Assembly (NCBI GenBank): GCA_049319825.1
Contig: JBMORT010000006.1
Span: 235,641-299,640 of the forward strand
Length of the DNA: 64,000 nucleotides
Source: Patescibacteria group bacterium
Lineage (GTDB): Bacteria; Patescibacteriota; Patescibacteriia; UBA11705; DATKZF01
Direction: 5' to 3'
Position 1 is the stretch's first letter. Each line of letters opens with the position of its first letter. The translations under genes and the position numbers were made by a program. The notes under the pieces are model-generated. The model did not search any database. It was not told where the DNA came from and saw nothing but the letters and a program-made list of their open reading frames with translations. Shown in pieces: positions 19,794-29,983 of this stretch.

Positions 19794-20099
19794 AGTTTTA
19801 AAATAAGTTTAAGACAAAATAGCAAATATAAAAATTATGGTGTCCCTCGCGCGACATTTTTTTTTTGAAGTAATACATTTGGGCGGTAGGCCAGAGGCGA
19901 TGGTCCGGACTTAATTATATTACCACCGCCCGTGTTTAAAATCGCCTATTTCCCCGATCGTCCTTTTTCTTGATTTCAACGTTCGACCAATCGGCAGTCT
20001 AAATCCGTGTGGATAAATCCTTGAAATATTATCAAAAAGTAATATACTGCAATTAGTAATAGTAATAAGTTGTAAATAGGAATGATTATCTATTAAATT

Positions 20100-20516
20100 A
20101 TGTTAAATAAGCATAAATCAAGGCTAACGAATCAAAAAAAGATGATTCTTAATTTCTTATTAAATACTGATAGTCATCCAACCGCGGAAGGTGTTTTTTT
20201 GGCGGTGCGCAGCTTACTGCCGCAGATAAGTTTTGCTACGGTTTATCGAAATTTAAATAATTTGGTCGAAGAAACGTTAATACAGACGCTGGATTTTGAT
20301 AAAGGTCCCGCGCATTATTGCGCCAGGCGAAATGACGGACATTTTATATGCGATACTTGCGGACAAATATTTGATGTGATGTCCTTTGATTCCGGTCGGT
20401 TGACCAAAAAGGTCATCAAAGATTTGCGCGTGAAAGTCAGTAAGCAGACTTTTTATTTTTTCGGACAATGTGCCGATTGCGCTAAGCCAAACACGATCGA
20501 AAAGAAATGGCGATAA
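20100..20516 (+). CDS. Fur family transcriptional regulator (Fur/Zur/PerR-like)
   Basis: N-terminal winged-helix region LTNQKKMILNFLL...HPTAEGVF...; metal-site motifs HYCARRNDGHFICDTCG and CADC (Cys4 structural Zn plus His-rich site). Confidence 0.75.
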   Translation: MLNKHKSRLTNQKKMILNFLLNTDSHPTAEGVFLAVRSLLPQISFATVYRNLNNLVEETLIQTLDFDKGPAHYCARRNDGHFICDTCGQIFDVMSFDSGRLTKKVIKDLRVKVSKQTFYFFGQCADCAKPNTIEKKWR

Positions 20517-20563
20517 GCTGACAATATTTTCAACTATTGATCTTTTTATGTTATAATTCACTC

Positions 20564-21724
20564 ATGAAAATCGCTTTCATCGGTCAAAAAGGCATCCCCA
20601 CTAAATTTGGCGGCATCGAGAGACACGCTGAAAATTTAGCGGTTAATTTGGCCCAATTGGGCCATGAAATTTTTGTATATACCCGGCCTTGGTATACCGA
20701 CAAGCAACTGAAGGAATATAAAGGAGTAAGATTAATATCAGTTCCGTCAATTAAAACTAAGCATCTGGACGCCATCAGCCATGCTTTTTTTTGTAGCCTT
20801 CACGCACTTTTTAAATCTTACGATATCGTACACTATCATGGAGTCGGACCATCACTGGCCGCTTGGATTCCCAAATTATTCAAATGGAAAACTAAAATTA
20901 TCGTCACTTTCCACTGTCGCGACAGCGAGCATGATAAGTGGGGGAGTATAGCGCGATTTTTTTTACGATTGGGCGAGTGGTTGGCCATCGCCATTCCGGA
21001 TGAGACAATTACCGTTTCCCAATCGCTGCAAAAATATTGCCAAAGGCAGTATCATAAAAAGACCATCTATATTCCCAATGGCGCCGACATTCCGGACATG
21101 GTCGGTGATAATATAATTTTTGAAAAATTCGGTTTAAGGCGAAATTCTTACTTGTTGATTGCCGTCAGATTGGTTCGTCATAAGCGGCTTGATTTGCTGA
21201 TTAATGCATTTAAAAATATCAAAACCGAAAAAAGATTGGTCATTGCCGGCGGTTCGGCGTTCACCGATGATTATGTGGCCAGCATAAAAAAATTGGCGGC
21301 CGATGACAAGAGAATATTATTTACCGGCTACCAATCTGGAGAATCGCTCAGTCAGCTTTTCGCCAACGCTTTGGTTTTCGTTCATCCTTCTGATTTGGAA
21401 GGTTTGCCGGTTTCGGTTATCGAATCAATGTCGTTCGCGGTGCCGCCATTGGTATCCAGCATCCCCGAGCATCTGGAATTAATTCCCGACGACCTTCACA
21501 GTTATCTGGTATTCAAGCAGGGCAGTGTCGGAGATTTGGAGATAAAATTGTCGCGACTCATTCAAAATACCAATTGGTTGCCGACATTCGGCCAGCGGTT
21601 GCGGGAGCTGGTTAAAGAAAATTATAATTGGCAAAATATCGCTTTCAGCACGGAGAAGCTTTATAAAGACACGTTGACTCGAAGCCAGATTAAAAAAATC
21701 AATCCGGCGAGAATCATCAATTAA
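20564..21724 (+). CDS. glycosyltransferase family 4
   Basis: MKIAFIGQKGIPTKFGGIERHAENLAVNLAQLGHEI (GT4 N-domain) and C-terminal FVHPSDLEGLPVSVIESMSFAVPPLVSSIPEH. Confidence 0.75.
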   Translation: MKIAFIGQKGIPTKFGGIERHAENLAVNLAQLGHEIFVYTRPWYTDKQLKEYKGVRLISVPSIKTKHLDAISHAFFCSLHALFKSYDIVHYHGVGPSLAAWIPKLFKWKTKIIVTFHCRDSEHDKWGSIARFFLRLGEWLAIAIPDETITVSQSLQKYCQRQYHKKTIYIPNGADIPDMVGDNIIFEKFGLRRNSYLLIAVRLVRHKRLDLLINAFKNIKTEKRLVIAGGSAFTDDYVASIKKLAADDKRILFTGYQSGESLSQLFANALVFVHPSDLEGLPVSVIESMSFAVPPLVSSIPEHLELIPDDLHSYLVFKQGSVGDLEIKLSRLIQNTNWLPTFGQRLRELVKENYNWQNIAFSTEKLYKDTLTRSQIKKINPARIIN

Positions 21725-21811
21725 AAAACGCCAGATGGCGTTTTTGAAATTAATGGTGAAAATGTAAAAAACGACGGAATTATAAATGTCACGGAAGGGA
21801 ACACCAATTTT

Positions 21812-22132
21812 TCATTTGTCTTTTTCTACTGTCTGAGGGTTTGGCGAAAAAAGCTTATTTGCTATTTTCCATTTATCAACGAATTGTCCAATACCGTCCT
21901 TTTCCATTTTATGTTTTATTCTGATATTTTTTTGCGACCATTTGATGAGGCTTTCCAGATTTATTTTGTAGCGGCCGTGCACCACCACGTAGGTAATATC
22001 TTGTGATTTTAGCGCTCTTCGAATTGTTTGAGAATCAACGCCAAAAAGACGGCCGGCTTCCGATACCGAGACGCGAATGATTTTTTTCGTTTTGGCATTT
22101 TTTTTCATAACCGTCGTTATTATTGTAATCAA
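21812..22132 (-). CDS. small HTH DNA-binding protein (MerR/excisionase-like helix-turn-helix)
   Basis: RVSVSEAGRLFGVDSQTIRRALKSQDITYVVVHGRYKI, resembling the excisionase/MerR-type HTH_17 pattern. Divergent from the ECF sigma gene. Confidence 0.4.
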   Translation of the reverse strand: MITIITTVMKKNAKTKKIIRVSVSEAGRLFGVDSQTIRRALKSQDITYVVVHGRYKINLESLIKWSQKNIRIKHKMEKDGIGQFVDKWKIANKLFSPNPQTVEKDK

Positions 22133-22141
22133 GGCGCTTCT

Positions 22142-22165
22142 AAAAGTCTAGATAAATCTAGACTT
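22142..22165. promoter_or_regulatory. perfect inverted repeat (10-bp arms, 4-bp spacer) in the divergent promoter region between the HTH gene and the ECF sigma gene
   Basis: aaagtctaga taaa tctagacttt. Confidence 0.35.
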
Positions 22166-22342
22166 TCGTATTGATAAAAAACAATAAATTTATAATTTTG
22201 TCAAGGTGCCTGGTTCTTGATTTTTTCCCCCTTTTCCGCTATAATAATTGAATAATTTTAATATCACATGAGTATTTACTTTCGCATCAAAATATCTTAC
22301 CATTAATGCTGTAACGTTTTTATTAATTTGGCGACCTCTACA

Positions 22343-22897
22343 ATGAATAAGAACAAATTTACAATCAAATATCTTGTTTATCAGACTAGAAACCAAAAAG
22401 ATCCGGAAAGCTTTGCCAGGCTTTACGATATGTATGTGGATCAAATTTTCCGCTTTGTTCGCTTTAAGGTGGAGACGGAAGAAATCGCTCAGGATATCAC
22501 CTCAGATATTTTTTTAAGAACTTGGCAATATCTTTTGGAAAGTTCAAGGCCAATTGATAACTTCAACGCGTTGATATACCGAATTTGCCGGAACTGCGTT
22601 GTCGATCATTATCGGAAAAGAAGTCGGGAAGCGCAGGTTTATAACGCGGAAAATTTTGAGCAGCTGATACATGACCGCCAGGATATAACCGAGGATATAG
22701 ATAATAAAATCGATTTTGGTCAGATCGAAGAAAAGCTGAAACTGCTTAAGGAGGAATACCGGGAAGTGATCATCTTGCGATACGTGGAAGGATTAACCGT
22801 AAGCGAGATTTCCAAAATATTGGATAAAACAAAAAGCAATGTCAGGGTGCTGATACACCGCGCGTTAAAAACATTAAAAGACATCATTCATGACTGA
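22343..22897 (+). CDS. ECF-type sigma-70 family RNA polymerase sigma factor
   Basis: Region 2: FARLYDMYVDQIFRFVRFKV...DITSDIFLRTWQ. Region 4: REVIILRYVEGLTVSEISKILDKTKSNVRVLIHRALKTLK. Confidence 0.75.
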   Translation: MNKNKFTIKYLVYQTRNQKDPESFARLYDMYVDQIFRFVRFKVETEEIAQDITSDIFLRTWQYLLESSRPIDNFNALIYRICRNCVVDHYRKRSREAQVYNAENFEQLIHDRQDITEDIDNKIDFGQIEEKLKLLKEEYREVIILRYVEGLTVSEISKILDKTKSNVRVLIHRALKTLKDIIHD

Positions 22898-24128
22898 AGC
22901 AGATTTAATCAAACAGCTGAAGGGCTTAAGCGGCATGGGCGCCAGCAGTGATTGGAAAACAGCTAATCGCCATCTTTTGATTTCACAGATTTCTGGGCAG
23001 TCGGTTAATCGCCAGCCAGCGTCGTTTGATAAAAAGGTTTGGTATGGTTTTCGCGCGATGATGCCCACCAGCCTGAAGAATTTCATTCTCAAGCCGATTG
23101 GAGCGATCTCTTTAATGTTGGCCATAATCATGGGAGCTTCCGTGGTTTCGGTCAGCGCGTCGCGAGGCAGCGTTCCCGGTGACCTATTATATAAAGTAAA
23201 ATTGACTTCGGAAAAAATCCAGGCCGGACTGACGGTGAATGATGAAAAGAAAACCGATCTTTACATAAATTTTGCCGGCGAGCGGCTCCACGAAATGGAT
23301 AAGATCAAAGATGCCGGACAGGCGGAAAAGAAATCGGAAAATATAAAAATTGCCTTGGATGGCTTCACTAAGCAAATGAACACGGTCAAAACGCATATTG
23401 AGAAAGTTAGTGAAAAGCCAAAGCCGGCTCAGGATATCGTAGTGGTCGCTAAGAAAGTTGATGATAAGGTCGTGGAATTTACAGATAGAATAGATCAGAA
23501 AAAAGCGGAGATGCTCGATTTTGCCCAAAAAGATTTAGTCCGCGAATTGGATAACGCCAAAGAGGCGGTTGAAGAGGCGTCAGACGTAGCCATCGAGGTG
23601 ATTATCGAAAAGCATGTAAAGGGGGAGGCCGAAATTCCGGTGGAAGAGTTGGCCGGTAAACTCGAGCAAAAAATTAAGCGAGCCGAGGAAAAAATTATTA
23701 AAACTCAAGAAGAAGTTGAATATTTAAAGGACATTAATTCCGGCGATACTGAAGCTGAAATAAAAAATCCAGCCGGAGAGCAGTCGGTTGATTCGGCGAC
23801 GGCTGATCAAGTGGCGTCCATCGATCAGGTGGCCATGCCAGAACCGACAACAACCAAACCGATTGATTTACTGAATCAAGTTGAAGATAAACCAAAGGAA
23901 GCGCAGCAGCTGGTAGAACAAGCGAAAGAATTACTGTTATCGGGCGATTTGTCCAGCGCATTTAGCCGCATTATCGAAAGCAAACAGATTACCCGTCAAA
24001 TCGAAGAAACAATCAATACCGTTTCCGGCGATGGCGCGTCTGCCGAACCAAGCATGAAAGCCGACAGTTTGCCGGCCGGCACCGCGTCGAGCGCGCCAGC
24101 CAGCGGCGACGCAACAACAATAGATTAA
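22890..24128 (+). CDS. putative anti-sigma factor-like membrane protein (single TM, long coiled-coil extracytoplasmic region)
   Basis: Start overlaps the sigma-factor stop (ATGACTGA), suggesting translational coupling. Short cytoplasmic N-term, then TM IGAISLMLAIIMGASVVSVSA, then K/E-rich coiled coil. Confidence 0.45.
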   Translation: MTEADLIKQLKGLSGMGASSDWKTANRHLLISQISGQSVNRQPASFDKKVWYGFRAMMPTSLKNFILKPIGAISLMLAIIMGASVVSVSASRGSVPGDLLYKVKLTSEKIQAGLTVNDEKKTDLYINFAGERLHEMDKIKDAGQAEKKSENIKIALDGFTKQMNTVKTHIEKVSEKPKPAQDIVVVAKKVDDKVVEFTDRIDQKKAEMLDFAQKDLVRELDNAKEAVEEASDVAIEVIIEKHVKGEAEIPVEELAGKLEQKIKRAEEKIIKTQEEVEYLKDINSGDTEAEIKNPAGEQSVDSATADQVASIDQVAMPEPTTTKPIDLLNQVEDKPKEAQQLVEQAKELLLSGDLSSAFSRIIESKQITRQIEETINTVSGDGASAEPSMKADSLPAGTASSAPASGDATTID

Positions 24129-24307
24129 TTAAAAACCAAAGGGCATTACCTATATTTATTAATAATCAGCTCTTTAGGTTGTCGTAGCCTGAAAGGTCGA
24201 GTCCTAGCGATAGGGCGACTATGACATAATTTTAGATAGAGGCCTCGGCACTCTAACATTCTATAAGGATGTTAAAGAGCCAAGAGGTACAGGAGATTTC
24301 ATTAACT

Positions 24308-27300
24308 ATGGAAAACCTTAAAAAATTGTTTACTTTTGGGGTTGTATTAGCGACCATTGTTTGGGCAATGGGCGTTGCTACTTTTGTTCCAGTCGCCAGC
24401 GCGGCCGTTATCGAGCCGGGCGATGTGATCAAGGGCAGCTTTGACGCGGTGTATTTCTATGCATCTGACGGCAAACGATACGTTTACCCACAGGATAAAT
24501 ACTACTTCACTTGGCAGTATGATTTTTCTGGCGTTATGACCATTACTGACGGTGAATTAGCAGACATTCCATTAGCTGGTAATGTTGTTACCAGATACGG
24601 AACAAAACTGATCAAGATTTTATCTATTCCTTCTGTTTACGCTGTCAGCCGAGAGGGAACTCTTTATCGAGTGCCTGATCAAGCGACCGCTGAATCAATG
24701 TTCGGCACCGCTTGGGGCGGACGCGTAATGGATGTGCAGGATGGCTTTTGGCCAAACTACACCGATACCGGCATGGCCCTTGACGGCACTTGGTATCCGG
24801 ATGGATTCTTATTGAAGGCTGCGACCAGCTCAGATGTTTATTTCATTTGGGATGGCATGAAGAGTTTGATCCCGTCTGAAGATGCGTTCTACGCGAACCG
24901 CTTTATGTGGGAATACGTCACTGTGACCACTCAGGCAGTCTTGGATTCTTACACTGACGGCCCGGTATTATCAGGCGCTGATTCAATGCTGCTTGATGAT
25001 TCGCAGGGCGGCGGCGGTGCTGTCCCGGTTCCGGGCGAAGGCACTTTGAACGTCACCTTGTCTTCCAGCACTCCGGCCAGCCAGACCGCTCCTCGCGGAG
25101 CCACTGGCGTGGAAGTTGCCAAATACAACTTTACCGCTGGCGCTGATGCGGGCATCACTTTGAATTCATTGACCATTCATCGAACCGGTTTGGGAGATCC
25201 TCAGGAAATCTCAAAACTGTATTTGTACAATGGATCTTCAAAGCTGACCTCAGGTAAGACTATTTCAACTTCAACCAACAACGCACTGTTCGCTAATTTG
25301 AACTGGTACGTTGGACCTGGCCAAACTGGCACTTTGACTTTAGTCGCCGATGTAAGCTCGACTTATACCGCGACCAACGGCTCTCACCAGTTTGAAATCG
25401 TCAATGCCAATGCTGTTGACAGCACTGCTGAATCAGTAATGGGCAACTTCCCGGTCATGTCAAATACTTTGAACATCTCGACCGTAACCACTGGCAGCGT
25501 CGATTTAGAGTCTTCATCCAACACCTACACCAGAAAAGTCGGTGAAAAAGGCGTTGAAGTCGGTAGATTTACCACTTACGTGAATAACACCGAAGATGCT
25601 CATTTTGCCGGCGTTACCATTTACAATGCTGGCCGAGACATCTATGACAACATGAAGATCTATCGCGGCAGCGATTTAGCTTCAACCTGCTCAGAGAGCG
25701 GCGATTACTTTGTCTGCAGCATGAGCACCCCATGGCCGATTCAGAAAGGCGATTCCGCGTCTTTCACAGCGAAAGCTGATGTAACCGGCCGAGACGGCGA
25801 TCAGGGTAAATTGTATGTTCGCTATAATACTGACGTTCGCGTCACCGGCGACACCTATGGATTTAACATGGCTGTTGACGGCACTTTGGGCGGCAGCGCC
25901 ACTGATTCATACGTTGATGAAGCGGCTTCAGCTGCTAGCGGCACCCTGCAATTCGACCAGACCACTGTTGAAGCCGGACAAGTGACTTTCACTTTCAACG
26001 GTCCGAGCTCAGCTGACGTCTCTAAGAATACCAGCGATATCGTTTTGATGAACTTCTCGGTTACCGCTGGTTCTAACATTGATGTGGAAAAGACCGTAAT
26101 CAATTTGTCAGATTCTGCCACCAATTTGGCGGCGGCTGATATGGACGATTTAGAGTTGGTCTGCGACGGCTTGATTGTCGCTTCAGATTCAACCCCGGCT
26201 GTCGGTGATAATTCTTTCACTGATACCTGGTCTTTGACCGCTGGTCATACCACTGAATGCCAAGTCCGAGTTGATTTAACCAATGCTCCGACTGGCAATG
26301 AAAATATCAAAGCGACCTTAAAGAACCCAAGCGCAAACTGGACATTTAAGGACGCTGATTCCGGCGACACCGTCACTGACATCGTGCCGTCCGGAGACAT
26401 CGCCGGCAATGAAATGGACATTACTGTCGCTTCATTGACCATTGATGTCGCTTCAACCCCGGCCACCGGCGCCACTTATGTGACCGGTTCGACCAACGTT
26501 GATGCGGTTGGCTTTACTTTCCAAGCAGGCACCGCGACAGACGTTAAAGTTAACTCTGTCAAATTAGCCGCTTACTTGGATGACGATACAGATACCTTTG
26601 GCGATGCTAGCGACTTTAATCAGTTGTCCGGCGCCAAAGACGTGATCGTCAAAGTGACGATTTACGACGCTGACGCTCCGGCCACTCCGCTGGCTTCATC
26701 CAAGGGCTTGACTCTGGGTACCGCTGATATCACCGTTCAGTTTGATTCATTAAACTGGACCATCCCGGCGGGCACCACCAAGAAATTATTGGTAGTCGTG
26801 GATATTTCCACCACCGCGCCAAAGAGCGCCAATGACGATTACTTCGCGCTGGCGATCGATAGCGTCGATGCGGAATACGGCACCGGTACTTCTTTAACTC
26901 CGTCATACACCGATGACAACACCGCCCCGAACATTTATCAGGTTGTCACCACTGCCGGCACTTTGGACATGGTAATCGATGCTGATACTCCGAATTCAGC
27001 GCTGCTGGTTTCCGGCACTTCAAACAATGCCGCCACCAAGGTGAAATTCAATTCAACCAAGGAAGCGTTCACAGTTGAGAAACTGCGAATATTCCAGAAC
27101 GCTGCTGGCGGAAATGACGAAGTTGCTTCAGTCACCCTCGAATATGAGAACAGCTTAGGCGCGACCGAATCGGTCACTCAGCCGCTTGACTTCACCAATG
27201 GCACGGCGAACTTCACCAATTTGGACATTTATGTTCCAAAGGATGGCAGCGCCACCGCCATGGTTTACGTCAAACTCAACACCACCACCGGCGGTGCTGA

Positions 27301-27964
27301 TGACGGCGATGACATTATCTTAAGCGCCGAAGACGGCAGCGTGGCCGGCACCTTCCGAGCGGTTGGAGTCGGTTCCAGCACTGTCATCACTCAGACTTTG
27401 AGCGGTGATCAGGATGGCAACACGCATTATGTGTATGAAGCCTATCCGGCAATTACTTTCGCTTCCGATACCCCGTCCGGCAACTTCGTACCGAGCGCGA
27501 ACACTTTGGTCGCCAAGATCAAGGTAACCGCGACCGGCGGCAAGGACATCACTTTTGATGGCCCGACCGCTCCTAACTCAGCTGATCCTGATGATGAATT
27601 CGTCATTTCAGTATCTGCTTCAAGATCTGATAACGATGGCGTTGCTGAAACATGGGTATTAAAGGATGGCAGCGGCAATCAATTGGATTCTATCGCTGTC
27701 GACATCATCGGTGACGGCAACAACGAAGTAATCTTTGACTTCAATGACAAAGACTTCGTCGTTCCGGCCGGTCAGACCAAGTATTTGTATGTCTATACTA
27801 ATACTTTGGACTTAGAGACTGTCGGCGATTCCATCCAGATCTGGTTAGACGACGCCCCGACTTCTGCGGGCAATTGGAGCATCAATTACAATGCTGCCGA
27901 TTGGGCCAACTGGGATATTATCTTTAGAGGTGATATCTTCGGCGGTGCGTTAGTTAAACCGTAA
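24308..27964 (+). CDS. giant secreted surface protein (about 1218 aa). Signal peptide, N-terminal copy of the shared ~120-aa YxxxDGxRHxFP repeat domain, then Thr/Ser/Gly-rich beta-rich region
   Basis: RBS aggag at 24290. Signal peptide MENLKKLFTFGVVLATIVWAMGVATFVPVASA. Domain VYFYASDGKRYVYPQDKYYFTW ... DVYFIWDGMKSLIPSEDAF is homologous to the C-terminal domains of the three downstream proteins. Confidence 0.6.
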   Translation: MENLKKLFTFGVVLATIVWAMGVATFVPVASAAVIEPGDVIKGSFDAVYFYASDGKRYVYPQDKYYFTWQYDFSGVMTITDGELADIPLAGNVVTRYGTKLIKILSIPSVYAVSREGTLYRVPDQATAESMFGTAWGGRVMDVQDGFWPNYTDTGMALDGTWYPDGFLLKAATSSDVYFIWDGMKSLIPSEDAFYANRFMWEYVTVTTQAVLDSYTDGPVLSGADSMLLDDSQGGGGAVPVPGEGTLNVTLSSSTPASQTAPRGATGVEVAKYNFTAGADAGITLNSLTIHRTGLGDPQEISKLYLYNGSSKLTSGKTISTSTNNALFANLNWYVGPGQTGTLTLVADVSSTYTATNGSHQFEIVNANAVDSTAESVMGNFPVMSNTLNISTVTTGSVDLESSSNTYTRKVGEKGVEVGRFTTYVNNTEDAHFAGVTIYNAGRDIYDNMKIYRGSDLASTCSESGDYFVCSMSTPWPIQKGDSASFTAKADVTGRDGDQGKLYVRYNTDVRVTGDTYGFNMAVDGTLGGSATDSYVDEAASAASGTLQFDQTTVEAGQVTFTFNGPSSADVSKNTSDIVLMNFSVTAGSNIDVEKTVINLSDSATNLAAADMDDLELVCDGLIVASDSTPAVGDNSFTDTWSLTAGHTTECQVRVDLTNAPTGNENIKATLKNPSANWTFKDADSGDTVTDIVPSGDIAGNEMDITVASLTIDVASTPATGATYVTGSTNVDAVGFTFQAGTATDVKVNSVKLAAYLDDDTDTFGDASDFNQLSGAKDVIVKVTIYDADAPATPLASSKGLTLGTADITVQFDSLNWTIPAGTTKKLLVVVDISTTAPKSANDDYFALAIDSVDAEYGTGTSLTPSYTDDNTAPNIYQVVTTAGTLDMVIDADTPNSALLVSGTSNNAATKVKFNSTKEAFTVEKLRIFQNAAGGNDEVASVTLEYENSLGATESVTQPLDFTNGTANFTNLDIYVPKDGSATAMVYVKLNTTTGGADDGDDIILSAEDGSVAGTFRAVGVGSSTVITQTLSGDQDGNTHYVYEAYPAITFASDTPSGNFVPSANTLVAKIKVTATGGKDITFDGPTAPNSADPDDEFVISVSASRSDNDGVAETWVLKDGSGNQLDSIAVDIIGDGNNEVIFDFNDKDFVVPAGQTKYLYVYTNTLDLETVGDSIQIWLDDAPTSAGNWSINYNAADWANWDIIFRGDIFGGALVKP

Positions 27965-28007
27965 TCGTTGATATACGCAGTTGGCGGTCAGCTTTAAACC
28001 GCTGCGC

Positions 28008-28040
28008 AAAAGCCCCCGGCCGTTTGGCCGGGGCTTTTGT
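28008..28040 (+). terminator. rho-independent terminator
   Basis: aaagcccccggccgtttggccggggcttttg: 9-bp GC stem and T-run. Confidence 0.55.
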
Positions 28041-28182
28041 ATTAATTAGGCAGTGGGCAGAAGGAAATAGGCAAGAGTAATGCATCGATTGCTGCATACC
28101 TGCCCTCTGCCCGCCGCCTTTCGTTTTTTCTTTTAATTTGGTTTATGCTATAATATTATCAGCCAATCATAACTTCGCGTAT

Positions 28183-29823
28183 ATGAAAAAATTTTTCATT
28201 TTTCTTTTCATTTTACTTTTTATAATGGCTGGAGGGTTCACCCGAGCAGCGGAAATGGCTGATTATGTCAACATTGGCGCGCCAGCAGGGAGTTTTTTCA
28301 ATTCCGATTTTGACGTTTTGGTCATGGATATTGAAATACCCGATAACTCCGGACAGAGCGACATGCTCGAAGCGATTACCGTAAAAAACAACGGCAGCGC
28401 GCAAGCGTTGCGCAATATCGAAAAAGTGGCGATTTGGGTTGATGCCGGTCCGGTTGGGTTTGACGGTATGGGAGTCGATGAGTTTTTGGGATACGCGGCG
28501 CAAGATGGATACAGCATTTGGTATTTATCCGATATTTATCGTGGCGTTCCGGTCGGCGGGTTGCGTGTTTTCGTGTCGATTGAAACCGCTTACAGTTTTT
28601 CAACCACGACCACTACGCAGTTTTCCGTGCCGGCGCTTTTTGATGAAAATGGCAATGGCCGTTTTGATTACGGCGATACCGGTATATTCGTATCATCGGA
28701 AAACGATGGTCCGACCGACGAAGCCATTGTGAATTCGGCTTCACAAGAACTTCACAAATTGTCTTTTGATTATTTATCGCCAAAAGCGGTTATAGATAAT
28801 TTGAGCGATGGCGACTCCATATCCATTTCTTCCGGTGAGGTAACGATCACCGGACAGGCGCGCGATCGCGGCGGATCGTACCCGGCCGCCGTGTCAATTG
28901 GTATTAATGGTCAATGGTTTGAGGTGGAGAATACCGGAACATATTTTTCCGCTTGGCAATATCAATGGTTTGACTTTGGAACGCAGTCGAGCCACGAGAT
29001 TATCGTCCGCGCCACTGATTTTATAGGCAATCAGTTTGTTTCCGCGCCGATTAATGTGACGGTTGTGGGCACGGGCGATTTTACGTATGAAAATTCGATC
29101 ATCGAAACAGCCGTTTCTTCGGCCGATATCGATCAGACGGTTGATGTCACCGTTCATGTAATCGACAGCTATGGCGAACCGGTTTCCGGCGTTCAAGTCG
29201 ATTTGTTTTCATCAAAGGCTGGATATGATCAAATAACGGCCATTAATAATATCACCGATTCTGATGGTCAAGCTTTTTTCGCCATCACTTCCGGTTTGCC
29301 GGGCACGACTTTGTTTTACGCCATGATCGGCGACCAGTTGCTTGAATGGAATATCGGCGGACAATCAATTCCGGTCTCGACGGTGCTGACCATCAGCAGC
29401 GGCGCGGAATTGGCCGGCCGGCTGGTGAAGTCCACGGAATTGTCAACCGTTTATTTGCTTGATGAAGACAATATCCGCCATGCTTTTCCCAATGAAAATA
29501 TTTATCGGTCATGGTTTGACGATTTCAGCCGGGTGGAAGTGCTTTCGGCTCAGGAAATCGCCGCTTATCCGCTTTCCAGCAACGTAAAATACAAACCGGG
29601 CAGTATGATAAAAATGCCGTCGGTGCCGCGAGTGTACATGGTTGATCAAGATCATAATTTGCGCTGGCTGGAAAATCAAAATATCGCCTTCATGCTTTTC
29701 AGTTCAAAGTGGGCATCACGTATCGATGATATGTCCGAGGCATTTTTCAGCGATTATCGGGAAGGGGAGACGATTCTCGAAGCGAATATGTCGATTGAGG
29801 TGTTCAGGAGTTTGTTGCCCTAA
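28183..29823 (+). CDS. secreted protein with bacterial Ig-like (Big) domain and C-terminal shared ~120-aa surface domain
   Basis: Signal peptide MKKFFIFLFILLFIMAGGFTRAAE. Big-like VDVTVHVIDSYGEPVSGVQVDLFSS...DSDGQAFFAITSG. C-term TVYLLDEDNIRHAFPNENIYRSWFDDFSRVEV...RVYMVDQDHNLRWLENQ. Confidence 0.55.
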   Translation: MKKFFIFLFILLFIMAGGFTRAAEMADYVNIGAPAGSFFNSDFDVLVMDIEIPDNSGQSDMLEAITVKNNGSAQALRNIEKVAIWVDAGPVGFDGMGVDEFLGYAAQDGYSIWYLSDIYRGVPVGGLRVFVSIETAYSFSTTTTTQFSVPALFDENGNGRFDYGDTGIFVSSENDGPTDEAIVNSASQELHKLSFDYLSPKAVIDNLSDGDSISISSGEVTITGQARDRGGSYPAAVSIGINGQWFEVENTGTYFSAWQYQWFDFGTQSSHEIIVRATDFIGNQFVSAPINVTVVGTGDFTYENSIIETAVSSADIDQTVDVTVHVIDSYGEPVSGVQVDLFSSKAGYDQITAINNITDSDGQAFFAITSGLPGTTLFYAMIGDQLLEWNIGGQSIPVSTVLTISSGAELAGRLVKSTELSTVYLLDEDNIRHAFPNENIYRSWFDDFSRVEVLSAQEIAAYPLSSNVKYKPGSMIKMPSVPRVYMVDQDHNLRWLENQNIAFMLFSSKWASRIDDMSEAFFSDYREGETILEANMSIEVFRSLLP

Positions 29824-29983
29824 GGAGTTAGAGTTACCGTTTGTGGATAAGTTATAAAAAATAATTATTTTAGCTGTATAATGTCAGCAGAAAGAACTAT
29901 AAAATTTATATAAAATTTAGGGCATCTAATTTTGCTCGAATTTAATTATTATTAAAAAAATTTTGCATTTTTTAAAAAAAATT

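Noticed and set aside
19860-19960. GC-rich hairpin (gggcggt...accgccc) in the AT-rich intergenic region upstream of the Fur-family gene
   Set aside because: Single 7-bp inverted repeat with a long loop; insufficient to call an ncRNA or terminator.
22328-22342. TTG start at 22328 for the ECF sigma factor (ORF-track start)
   Set aside because: The ATG at 22343 gives a conventional N-terminus (MNKNKF...). The upstream extension adds only 5 residues and has no RBS advantage.
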